Below are positions 38,801 through 46,720 of a stretch of DNA of 64,000 bases, in pieces. The stretch's first letter is position 1. Every line of letters begins with the position of its first letter. The stretch is from Candidatus Methylomirabilia bacterium (GTDB lineage: Bacteria > Methylomirabilota > Methylomirabilia > Rokubacteriales > CSP1-6): NCBI GenBank assembly GCA_041497895.1, contig JBGQHJ010000001.1:64001-128000 (forward strand), given 5' to 3'. Below the pieces are notes generated by a model. The model did not search any database. It was not told where the DNA came from and saw only the letters and a list, made by a program, of their open reading frames with translations. The translations under genes were made by a program, and so were the position numbers.

Positions 38801-39060
38801 GGTCCGCCCGCACCGACCGCGCAGATGTCCTGGCCCCCCAGGTACACCCCTCCGCGGGCTTGGCATTGCTGCTCGGCCGCCTGCTGCCCGGCAGTCGAGC
38901 GAGTGCAGGTCCCTGCTGCATACGTGCCACCGGCGGACGTGCAGATCCCGAGTCCGCCGGCGGAGCAGGCGGCAAGAGAGAGCAAGGCGGCGAGCGCGAG
39001 AGGGACGGGACCTACCGGTCGCAGCAGGGCGGTGGCCGCCCTCCAAGGACGCTGGCGCAT
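38797..39060 (-). CDS. Small lipoprotein with two C-x3-GG-x-Y...C repeats
   Basis: LAAC lipobox; CTSAGGTY...C and CQARGGVY...C. Confidence 0.7.
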   Translation of the reverse strand: MRQRPWRAATALLRPVGPVPLALAALLSLAACSAGGLGICTSAGGTYAAGTCTRSTAGQQAAEQQCQARGGVYLGGQDICAVGAGGP

Positions 39061-39118
39061 ACGGGAGATTCTCCCTCACCGAGGGCGGGGACGCTCGGTT
39101 ACCTTTGTTCCACCGCGG

Positions 39119-39134
39119 GTGTAATCTGTTACAC
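39119..39134. promoter_or_regulatory. Palindromic putative operator GTGTAA-N4-TTACAC
   Basis: AT-rich perfect 6-bp inverted repeat between divergent small lipoprotein genes. Confidence 0.45.
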
Positions 39135-39149
39135 GCCGAAAGACACACC

Positions 39150-39284
39150 ATGCGCTACGTCTGGATCGGACTCTTGCTCCTTCTATCTGGCTGCGCGAGC
39201 TACACGCCGCAGCCGCCACTCACTCACGGACGGGCGACTCCCCGCAGCGTCACGATCGACGCCTGTGGTGATGGAGGCGCGTAG
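39150..39284 (+). CDS. Micro-lipoprotein (44 aa)
   Basis: MRYVWIGLLLLLSGC lipobox. Confidence 0.6.
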   Translation: MRYVWIGLLLLLSGCASYTPQPPLTHGRATPRSVTIDACGDGGA

Positions 39285-39291
39285 CCATCCC

Positions 39292-39510
39292 TCACCTCCG
39301 CTCGCAGAAGCCACCCACCAGGTCGTCCCGGTACCACCGGAAGCCGTTGCGCTCGCAGATCGCTTTGAGCTCATCCTGGGTGTAGGTCGGCGGGATGGGT
39401 GCGGTGGTCATGCAACCGACCACGCACGCCGCCGCGCTTGCGCTGAGTATTGCCGCCCGGGCCCACGCCAGCGTTTGGATGATTCTGCCCCCCGATGCGG
39501 AATGGTACAC
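39292..39510 (-). CDS. Small lipoprotein (start uncertain)
   Basis: VVGC lipobox-like; PPTYTQDELKAICERNG.RW...GGFCE. Confidence 0.6.
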   Translation of the reverse strand: MYHSASGGRIIQTLAWARAAILSASAAACVVGCMTTAPIPPTYTQDELKAICERNGFRWYRDDLVGGFCERR

Positions 39511-39561
39511 CCGGGAACGGCGCCTCGAGATGTGGCCTGCCCGAGCGTGCGGGAGGTGACT

Positions 39562-39660
39562 ATGCGCTATGCCTGGATCGCACTGCTGCTGTTGTTCGCC
39601 GGTTGCGCCGGCTACCTGCCGCCGGCCGCAAGCCACCCCGCTCCGTCAACCTTCGACTGA
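39562..39660 (+). CDS. Micro-lipoprotein (32 aa)
   Basis: GGAGGT RBS; MRYAWIALLLLFAGC. Confidence 0.65.
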   Translation: MRYAWIALLLLFAGCAGYLPPAASHPAPSTFD

Positions 39661-39791
39661 GGGGACGGAGCGTAGCGAGCCGGCGGCTCGCAACCCGGAC
39701 GGGCAGGACGGTCGAAGGTTGCCCAGCGCATGAATCGGTGGGTAGCACCGTCAGAGTCGATAGAAGGAAGCGGCATCGAGGAGGTGCTTCC

Positions 39792-40100
39792 ATGATTCGT
39801 AAGCTGGTTCTGGGAATGACGATTCTCGCGCTCGCGGCGTTGCCTCTGCCGGCATGGGCAGCGCGCGCCGGTGGGCACGATGGCAGGCAGGAGGCTCGCG
39901 GTAGCCACCAGCAGTTTCATGATCACGAGCGGTTCGCGCACCGGCCGTCCATCGGGTTCTATCCGTTCCCGTACTATGCCTACGCGCCGCCTGCGTGCGC
40001 CTGGCAGCCCGGGTACTCGGTAAATCAGCCCTATGTGGACGCGTGGGGTCGCTACACCTACGTGCAGCAGTGGGTGCCGGGGCAATGGATCTGCCCTTAG
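39792..40100 (+). CDS. Small secreted His/Tyr/Pro-rich protein
   Basis: GAGGAGG RBS; signal peptide ending AWA; WQPG...WVPGQW. Confidence 0.7.
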   Translation: MIRKLVLGMTILALAALPLPAWAARAGGHDGRQEARGSHQQFHDHERFAHRPSIGFYPFPYYAYAPPACAWQPGYSVNQPYVDAWGRYTYVQQWVPGQWICP

Positions 40101-40131
40101 GACCGTCCGATCCCTCAAGGAGGTGCGTGCG

Positions 40132-40248
40132 ATGCGCTATCTGAGGGTCGTGTTGCTGCTGCTGGCGGTCGCGATCGGAGCTCAAGCCTGCATCTTCGTG
40201 CCGGTCGGCGGGGGTGGCGGCCATCGTCACCATCACGACTGGCATTAG
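40132..40248 (+). CDS. Micro-lipoprotein (38 aa) with Gly/His tail
   Basis: AAGGAGGT RBS; AQAC lipobox-like then IFVPVGGGGGHRHHHDWH. Confidence 0.65.
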   Translation: MRYLRVVLLLLAVAIGAQACIFVPVGGGGGHRHHHDWH

Positions 40249-40274
40249 ACGGACGACAGGCTAGGAGTACATCG

Positions 40275-40312
40275 CCCGAAGGGGTGGAGCCATCTAGCCG
40301 CCCCTTCGGGTT
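40275..40312. terminator. Hairpin between convergent genes
   Basis: CCCGAAGGGG...CCCCTTCGGG 10-bp inverted repeat; weak U-tract. Confidence 0.5.
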
Positions 40313-40367
40313 CTCACCCTAAGACTGCCGGCGCGCGTATCGCCGGACCAACCGGATGGCGGGCCGC

Positions 40368-41882
40368 TCACTCCACCGGCCCGATGCCGCGGCGGCGGAA
40401 GATCCGCTTGAGGACCGCCGTGTGGCGCTTCCGGTAGAGGTTGCGGTCCGCGTCGAGGATGGCCCGCGCCCCGCGCGCGAAGGTGGTGAAGCCGTCGAGC
40501 TGGAAGTGGCTCTCGACGATGATGCGATCCGCCACCGGCCGCCCGGTCGCCTTCCAGATGTCCCACAGGGTGGCGGACCAGATCTGGCCGTTCTCGTGCT
40601 CGTCGGCGCGCGGGCCGTGGTCGAAGCTCTCGTACGTCAACGGGGAGTCGAGCCGCCGGACGCAGGGGGGCGTGCCCTCGCCCTGCGCGCCGTCCCAGGT
40701 CATCACCGCGTCGCGATAGGCGGGCGGCTTCTTCCCGGCGAAGAAGCTGGCCGCGAAGTAGTCGCCGAATCCTTCGCCCATCGCGGCCGCCTCCGGGGAT
40801 TGGCCGAAGTCGGGGCAGATCGCGTCCTGGAGCGCGTGCCCGAACTCGTGCAGCACGGTCTCGCCGTCCTCCGCGTCGTCCACGCCGCCAGTGCCGAAGG
40901 TCAGGGTTCGCTCGCCCGGGCTGTACCACGAGTTGTCGTCGCGCGTGCCGCGCGCGTTCACGTCGAGCGGCCGCGCGAACAACTTACGCGAGCCGCGGTA
41001 GCCCAGCCGCTCGAGGTACGCGATGGCCTCGTTGACGTGGTAGTAGGCCGAGACCTCCTCGAAGCCGGCACGGAAACTGGGCACCGAGAAGTCGAGCCCC
41101 GCGCGGACCAGGCGCGGCTTCGTGAGCCGAGTAGTCACCCGCCGTCCATCCAGCCGGCGGTTCCCGCGCAGGCCGGTGAGCGTCACCTCGGCGTAGGCGG
41201 CCGCGGGCGGACGCCGCACCCGGTCGGCCCCGTCGAGGGGCTCGAAGCCGCGCACCCGGGCCATGGGATTCGGCAGGAACACCGTCGCGCGCCCGGTGGC
41301 CTCGGCCAAGTTGTCGTAACGGCTGATGACGCTCCCGGTGACCGCGTGCACGTACGTGATGATCTCCGCGCGGGGCCGGGTGCGGTGGACGCGCACGCGC
41401 CACGCGGGATGCAGCAGCCGCCGGGCCGGGTACCAGAGCAGCTCCGGCCTGCCCACCACCCACGCGCGCCCCTTGCCGCGTCCGCCGCCCGCGAGCGCGG
41501 CCCGCACCGCCCTCGCGCTCGTGATCCGGGGCTCCTCGGCGTGGCGCAGCACGTCCTCCGGCACGGCCCGGCTCTTGACCAGGTACACCCGGTGGTTCCG
41601 GCCGATGTGCACGGTGACGTAGGCGCGGTGGATCCGGCGCCGGCGCCACAGCTGCTGGAGGATGACGTGGTCGGCGCCCTGGCCGTGGATCACGCGGCGC
41701 ACGTCGAGCCGGTCGAGCGCGGAGGTGATGCCGAGGGTCTCGTGGTTGGCTTCGAGGAACGCCCGCGCGATCGCCGTCGGCGATCCCTCGCCGCGATCGC
41801 TACGAAAGCCCCAGAGCTCCTTCGGGGTGCGATAGTACTTGCCGGGGATGCTCTTGAACGACTTCGCGGTGAGCTTTCTCAT
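40368..41882 (-). CDS. M36/M4-type zinc metallopeptidase with prodomain
   Basis: AYYH, DNSWY, HEFGH, EGFGDY, EHENGQIWSATLW. Confidence 0.88.
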   Translation of the reverse strand: MRKLTAKSFKSIPGKYYRTPKELWGFRSDRGEGSPTAIARAFLEANHETLGITSALDRLDVRRVIHGQGADHVILQQLWRRRRIHRAYVTVHIGRNHRVYLVKSRAVPEDVLRHAEEPRITSARAVRAALAGGGRGKGRAWVVGRPELLWYPARRLLHPAWRVRVHRTRPRAEIITYVHAVTGSVISRYDNLAEATGRATVFLPNPMARVRGFEPLDGADRVRRPPAAAYAEVTLTGLRGNRRLDGRRVTTRLTKPRLVRAGLDFSVPSFRAGFEEVSAYYHVNEAIAYLERLGYRGSRKLFARPLDVNARGTRDDNSWYSPGERTLTFGTGGVDDAEDGETVLHEFGHALQDAICPDFGQSPEAAAMGEGFGDYFAASFFAGKKPPAYRDAVMTWDGAQGEGTPPCVRRLDSPLTYESFDHGPRADEHENGQIWSATLWDIWKATGRPVADRIIVESHFQLDGFTTFARGARAILDADRNLYRKRHTAVLKRIFRRRGIGPVE

Positions 41883-41993
41883 GAGGGCCCCCACCAAGGG
41901 CATTTTCCCCGGAGATCCTAGCACGGCCCCGACCATCCCGACGCGGTGCAGAGCAATCGGGCGCCTTCTGATCGCGGTCGAGCGCGGCGACGA

Positions 41994-43562
41994 TCAGGAG
42001 CGGGTGAGGCCGAAGGCGTCGGCGTAGCGCCGCCAGGCGTCGAGGTGGCTGCCGTACTTGCGATGCCCGGCGGTGTGCTTGGCCGAGGCGAGCAGGAGTC
42101 GGTCGCGATCGCCCGCGGTGCTGTGGCCGTAGTCGTCGAGCAGGCAGATCCCGAGCTCCTGGTTGTGCGGGTCGTTGCCGGCCTTGGCCGCCCCGACCGC
42201 GAGGGTCTGGACGAGCGCGGCGCGGTCGGCGCCGGAGCGCAGGTAGGCCGCCGTCCAGTCCATGGCCTCGAAGGGGCGCAGGCCGTCGAGGGCCACGTCG
42301 AGCCGCTCGAGCAGCTGCGCGGCGGTCAGCGCGTCGGAGCCCTTGGGCGGGGCGACCTTCACCGCGTGGTTGTCGGGGGTGTGCTTCTGGTGATGGGCCG
42401 CGCGGTTGACGAAGGCGGCGGCCACGAACAAGAGCTTGAGCCGGTGCGGGTGCGCGAAGGAGTCGAAGAACCAGCGCACCGTGTTGCAGTACTCGTAGCT
42501 GTGCTGCGGCATCGAGTACGAGTTGGGGTCGCCGGTCTCCATGATGAGCTGGGCCGACGCGAGCTGGACGGTGTCGATGATCTGGCGCAGGCCCCGGCCG
42601 TTCTTGAGCAGGGCCACGATCAGGTCGATGTAGCCCGGCTCCTGGCCGCTCAGCAGCGCGTCCTGGAGCGCGAGGGACTCCACCGGGGTGAGCGCGCCGT
42701 CGTTCTCCCAGAGCTCCCGGTCGCGGTTGTCGAGGAAGTTCTGCACGACCAGGCAGCCCATCTCGTAGGTCGAGTACCAGCGCGGGCCCACCGCGATGTC
42801 GGGCACGCCCGCGTAGAGGATGCTGTGCGCGTCGCTCCAGCCCACCGCGCGGGCCAGCTCGACGGTGGCGCGCGCGCGGTAGGACTTGTGGCCGGTGGTG
42901 TAGGACCGGTTGTACAGCACGCGATCCTGCACGTCGATGAGGCCCGCGAAGACGAGCTGGGCCAGGAGTGGGGTGCGCTTGGCCGCATCGGCCGCCGCCT
43001 CCTCCCACAGGCCGAGGAAGACCCGGTAGGCGTTGATCACCTCGCCACGCTGCACGAGGGTGAGCCACCTGTTGAGCTTCTCGGGCCACGTGCCCTCGAT
43101 GGCGAGCGGCTCCTGGTCCGGCCAGTGCACCTCGGGGAGCGGCGGCTTGCCCTCGAACTTGATCTCGTAGAGCCGCACATAGTGGCCGGGCATCTTGCCG
43201 ATGAGCTGGTTCCACGGATCGAGGCCGGTCGGCATGTACCAGATGGTCTGCGCGAAGGGCAGGTAGCGCAGCTCGGGCGGCATCAACGGTAGCAGGTCGA
43301 TGCCCGCGCGCGAGCTGAGCAGGCAGTGGTCGTTGTTCACGAACCGCACGATGCCGTCGTCGAGACGCTGGTGATACGGCACGTGGGTGTAGGGCGCGTG
43401 GATGCGCACGAGCTGGCCGACCAGCTGGGGGATGGGCACCCCCGCCCGCACGAGGTCGTAGAAGATGTCGCTGGCGCCCGCCTGGTCCCGCTCGAGGATC
43501 TTGTCTTCGAGTCGCGCGTAGGCACTGCCGACTGCCGGGAGCCGATCGGTGGAGAGGGCCAT
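41994..43562 (-). CDS. Hypothetical protein with four helical repeats, each carrying a His
   Basis: AAGGAG RBS; GC3 bias; NNDH, TTGH, MPQH, NDPH. Confidence 0.8.
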   Translation of the reverse strand: MALSTDRLPAVGSAYARLEDKILERDQAGASDIFYDLVRAGVPIPQLVGQLVRIHAPYTHVPYHQRLDDGIVRFVNNDHCLLSSRAGIDLLPLMPPELRYLPFAQTIWYMPTGLDPWNQLIGKMPGHYVRLYEIKFEGKPPLPEVHWPDQEPLAIEGTWPEKLNRWLTLVQRGEVINAYRVFLGLWEEAAADAAKRTPLLAQLVFAGLIDVQDRVLYNRSYTTGHKSYRARATVELARAVGWSDAHSILYAGVPDIAVGPRWYSTYEMGCLVVQNFLDNRDRELWENDGALTPVESLALQDALLSGQEPGYIDLIVALLKNGRGLRQIIDTVQLASAQLIMETGDPNSYSMPQHSYEYCNTVRWFFDSFAHPHRLKLLFVAAAFVNRAAHHQKHTPDNHAVKVAPPKGSDALTAAQLLERLDVALDGLRPFEAMDWTAAYLRSGADRAALVQTLAVGAAKAGNDPHNQELGICLLDDYGHSTAGDRDRLLLASAKHTAGHRKYGSHLDAWRRYADAFGLTRS

Positions 43563-43676
43563 GGCGACGCTCCTTTGCGAGTTGCCGAGACTCTGGCACT
43601 CCCGGGGGCGCCTGTCAAATCGGCCTCCCCCGGGGGGCTTGGCGGGGCCCGGATCGTCTGCTAGGCTCCGCCCGAC

Positions 43677-44804
43677 ATGGCGACGATCGCCCCGAGCATC
43701 CGCGGACTCAAGCCGGTCGCCTGGCTCGACTGCCCGGGCGGCGGCCAGGTGTCGGTCGACGACACCATCGCCTACGTCGCGCACATGAAGGCGCCGCACG
43801 GCACCAGCATCGTGGACGTGAGCGATCCGGCCCGGCCCCGCGTCCTCGCCACCGTCGAGGTGCCGGCTCACACGCACTCCCACAAGGTGCGCGCGGCCAA
43901 CGGGCTCATGCTGGTGAACCGCGAGGCCCAGCCCGCCCACCAGCCGCCGGCCGGGGTGGGGGGCGGCCTCGTGATCTACGACGTCTCCGCCCCGGCCCGC
44001 CCGCGCGAGATCACGTTCTGGAAGTGCGGCGGAGCGGGCGTGCACCGCTTCACCTTCGACGGGCGCTACGCCTACATCTCCCCCGAGATGGACGGCTACG
44101 TGGGCAACATCGTGATGATCCTGGACCTCCACGACCCGACCCGCCCGCGGGAAGTCGGGCGCTGGTGGATGCCCGGGCAGTGGACCGGAGGCGGGGAGAC
44201 CCCGGCGTGGTCGGGGCGGCACCACCGCTGCCACCATCCGATCCGGTCCGGCAACCGGCTCTACGTGAGCTACTGGCACGGCGGGTTCGTCATCCTCGAC
44301 ATCGAGGACATGGCCAGGCCCCGCTTCGTATCCGGCCTGGACTGGAGCCCGCCCTACATCACGCCGACCCACACCGCGCTGCCGCTGCCCTTCCCGCTCC
44401 ACGGCCGGCGGATCATGCTGGCCGCCGACGAGGACGTGGCCAAGACCGCGCCGGGCCCGCCCTCGTTCATGTGGCTGGTCGACATCACCGACGAGCGCCA
44501 CCCGGTACCCATCTCGACCTTCCAGGTGGCCGGAGTGGACGGCGACCCGCAGCCCGAGTTCACCGGCTGCCACCAGCCGTGCGAGCGGGTGACCGGGACC
44601 GAGATCCCGGTGGCCTGGTTCGCCCACGGCCTGCGTGTCGTGGACGTCTCGAACCCGCACGCGCCGCGGGAGGTTGCCCACTTCCTGCCGGAGCCGCCGA
44701 CGGGCCACGCCCGGGTCTCGAGCAACGACGTGGAGGTGGACGGGCGCGGGCTCCTCTACCTCATCGACCGGGGCCGAGGTCTGCACATCCTAGAGCGGAC
44801 TTAG
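43677..44804 (+). CDS. LVIVD repeat beta-propeller protein
   Basis: Repeated IVDVSDP/IYDVSAP/ILDLHDP/ILDIED/LVDITD/VVDVSNP blades. Confidence 0.88.
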   Translation: MATIAPSIRGLKPVAWLDCPGGGQVSVDDTIAYVAHMKAPHGTSIVDVSDPARPRVLATVEVPAHTHSHKVRAANGLMLVNREAQPAHQPPAGVGGGLVIYDVSAPARPREITFWKCGGAGVHRFTFDGRYAYISPEMDGYVGNIVMILDLHDPTRPREVGRWWMPGQWTGGGETPAWSGRHHRCHHPIRSGNRLYVSYWHGGFVILDIEDMARPRFVSGLDWSPPYITPTHTALPLPFPLHGRRIMLAADEDVAKTAPGPPSFMWLVDITDERHPVPISTFQVAGVDGDPQPEFTGCHQPCERVTGTEIPVAWFAHGLRVVDVSNPHAPREVAHFLPEPPTGHARVSSNDVEVDGRGLLYLIDRGRGLHILERT

Positions 44805-44853
44805 CCCACGCCGGCCGCGTTTCACACGGGCCCCGGTGCGGTGTCTCAGGGGC

Positions 44854-45537
44854 ATGAACAACAGAACGGATCGCGGCTTCCTGGTCCTGGCCGACGTATC
44901 GGGGTTCACCGCCTTCGTCACCACCACCGAGCTCGAGCACGGCTCCGAGATCATCGCCACCCTGCTCGACGAGGTGATCGCGCGCCTCTCGCCCCCGCTC
45001 GAGATCCAGGAGATCGAGGGCGACGCGGTCTTCGCCCTGGCCGGAGAGGCCGCCGAGCTGCCGCACACCCGCCTGCTGGGCGTGCTGGAGGAGGCGTTCG
45101 CCGCGTTCAAGACCCGCCAGCAGGCGATGCAGGCCGTCGAGACCTGCCAGTGCGGGGCCTGCCAGCAGATCGCGATCCTCGACCTCAAGATGGTCGTGCA
45201 CCACGGGCCCTTCCTGCGGCACACGGTGGCGGGGCGCAGCCGGGTCACCGGCACCGCGGTGATCCTGGTGCACCGGCTGCTGAAGAACGGGGTGGGGCGG
45301 AAGGGTGGCTACGCGCTGCTCACCGAGCCGGTGCTGCGGTCGCTGGGCATCGACGGCGAGCAGGCCGGCCTGCCGGCGCACACCGAGCGCTACGAGCACC
45401 TCGGCGACGTGCGCTGCTTCGTGCGCGACCTCTCCCCATCTCCCTCCCTCTCCCCGGAGGGGAGAGGGCAGGGTGAGGGGCTACAGGGTGAGGGGCTACA
45501 GGGTGGGGGGGTTCTTCACCCGCAGGCGATCGCGTAG
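44854..45537 (+). CDS. DUF2652 (adenylate cyclase-like fold) protein with REP-derived C-terminus
   Basis: LADVSGFT, IEGDA, CQCGAC, LKMVVHHG, HRLLKN. Confidence 0.85.
   Translation: MNNRTDRGFLVLADVSGFTAFVTTTELEHGSEIIATLLDEVIARLSPPLEIQEIEGDAVFALAGEAAELPHTRLLGVLEEAFAAFKTRQQAMQAVETCQCGACQQIAILDLKMVVHHGPFLRHTVAGRSRVTGTAVILVHRLLKNGVGRKGGYALLTEPVLRSLGIDGEQAGLPAHTERYEHLGDVRCFVRDLSPSPSLSPEGRGQGEGLQGEGLQGGGVLHPQAIA
45445..45510 (-). repeat. REP-like palindrome plus 15-bp tandem tail (inside DUF2652 3' end)
   Basis: tccctctccccggaggggagagggcagggtgagggg, with cagggtgaggggcta x2 and a third partial copy. Confidence 0.85.
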
Positions 45538-46571
45538 ACGTCGCTGACGCCGTCGGGCAGGCGCTCCTCGCGCCACGACCGTCCGGCATCCTCGGTCCCG
45601 AACACCTGGCCCGTTCGGCTGACGCAGTAGACGCGGTCCGCGTCCCGCGGGTGCAGCGCGACCGCCATCATGGTGGATTCCGCTTTCACGCCGTGGTCGA
45701 AGCGGCTCCAGGTCTCCCCGAGATCGGCGCTGCGATAGAGCGAGCCGTCCTCGCTGCGGGCCGCCGGGCTCAGGCACGCGTAAAGGACGCGCGGGTTCTG
45801 GGGCGACACCCGGACGTCCCGGCTGTAGGTCAACGGGGAGAAGCGCCCGACCTCCATGTCCTGCCAGTGTGCCGCGCGGTCGGTGCTGCGGAAGAGGCCC
45901 ATGCGCAGCGCGAGGAAGACGGTCCCGCTGGCCGCGCCGCTCACGCAGAGCGCGTGGCCGTCCAGCATGCCCTCCATCTCGCTGTCACTCACGATGCGGC
46001 TCTTGAGATGTGGCAGCTCCGAGAGCTTGACGAGGTCGGCGCTCCCGTCTTCCCACGTCTCGCCGCCGTCCAGGCTGCGCATCGCGCCGCCCACCTCGAG
46101 CGCCGCGTAGATGTGATCGGGCTGCGCCGGGTCGATGGCCATGCGCATCACGCGGCAGGCGAAGGGCATCTTGACCCGCTCGGCCTGCACCGCCTTCGGC
46201 AGCCGGCGCCACGTGGTGCCCTCGTCGTCGCTGCGGAAGATGCCCACCGGCGAGGTCCCGGCCAGGAGCGTCCGGGGGCGCGTGGGATGCACGAGGATGG
46301 ACCAGACCTGCCCGCCGTCCTCCGGGAAGGGCAGGCGCTCCCATCGCTCGCCCCGATCGACGCTGCGGTAGGGGCCGTGCTGGGTGCCCACGTACACCAC
46401 GTCGGGATTGCTCGGGTGCACCGTGATCGCCTGGACGTGGGTCGTCTCGGGGAGCCCCTTGGTCATGAGCTCCCAGCCGCCCGCGCCCTCCGCCCGGCGG
46501 AAGACGCCGCTCTTCGTCCCGGAAGTCCATCGTGCCGCGCCGACGTAGATGTGAGAGGGCCCCGTCGCCAT
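45516..46571 (-). CDS. BNR/Asp-box repeat beta-propeller protein
   Basis: Repeated RSxDxGxTW motifs. Confidence 0.88.
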   Translation of the reverse strand: MATGPSHIYVGAARWTSGTKSGVFRRAEGAGGWELMTKGLPETTHVQAITVHPSNPDVVYVGTQHGPYRSVDRGERWERLPFPEDGGQVWSILVHPTRPRTLLAGTSPVGIFRSDDEGTTWRRLPKAVQAERVKMPFACRVMRMAIDPAQPDHIYAALEVGGAMRSLDGGETWEDGSADLVKLSELPHLKSRIVSDSEMEGMLDGHALCVSGAASGTVFLALRMGLFRSTDRAAHWQDMEVGRFSPLTYSRDVRVSPQNPRVLYACLSPAARSEDGSLYRSADLGETWSRFDHGVKAESTMMAVALHPRDADRVYCVSRTGQVFGTEDAGRSWREERLPDGVSDVYAIACG

Positions 46572-46720
46572 GTGCGCTCCCCTTTCCGGTGACCGTCGGG
46601 TTTGGTGGCGGTCGTGCGGCACAGCATAGCAAGGGCCGTTTCGAGCGCAAGCCCCCGCCCCAAGGTGTAGGCGCACGAATTCCTTGACCCCCGTGGCGGT
46701 GACGGCCTAGCGTGCGAGAG

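Noticed and set aside
45445..45524. TGC-GGG-TGA at the end of the BNR protein followed by a hairpin
   Set aside because: The downstream hairpin is the REP element, too far from the UGA, and the readthrough peptide is repeat-derived
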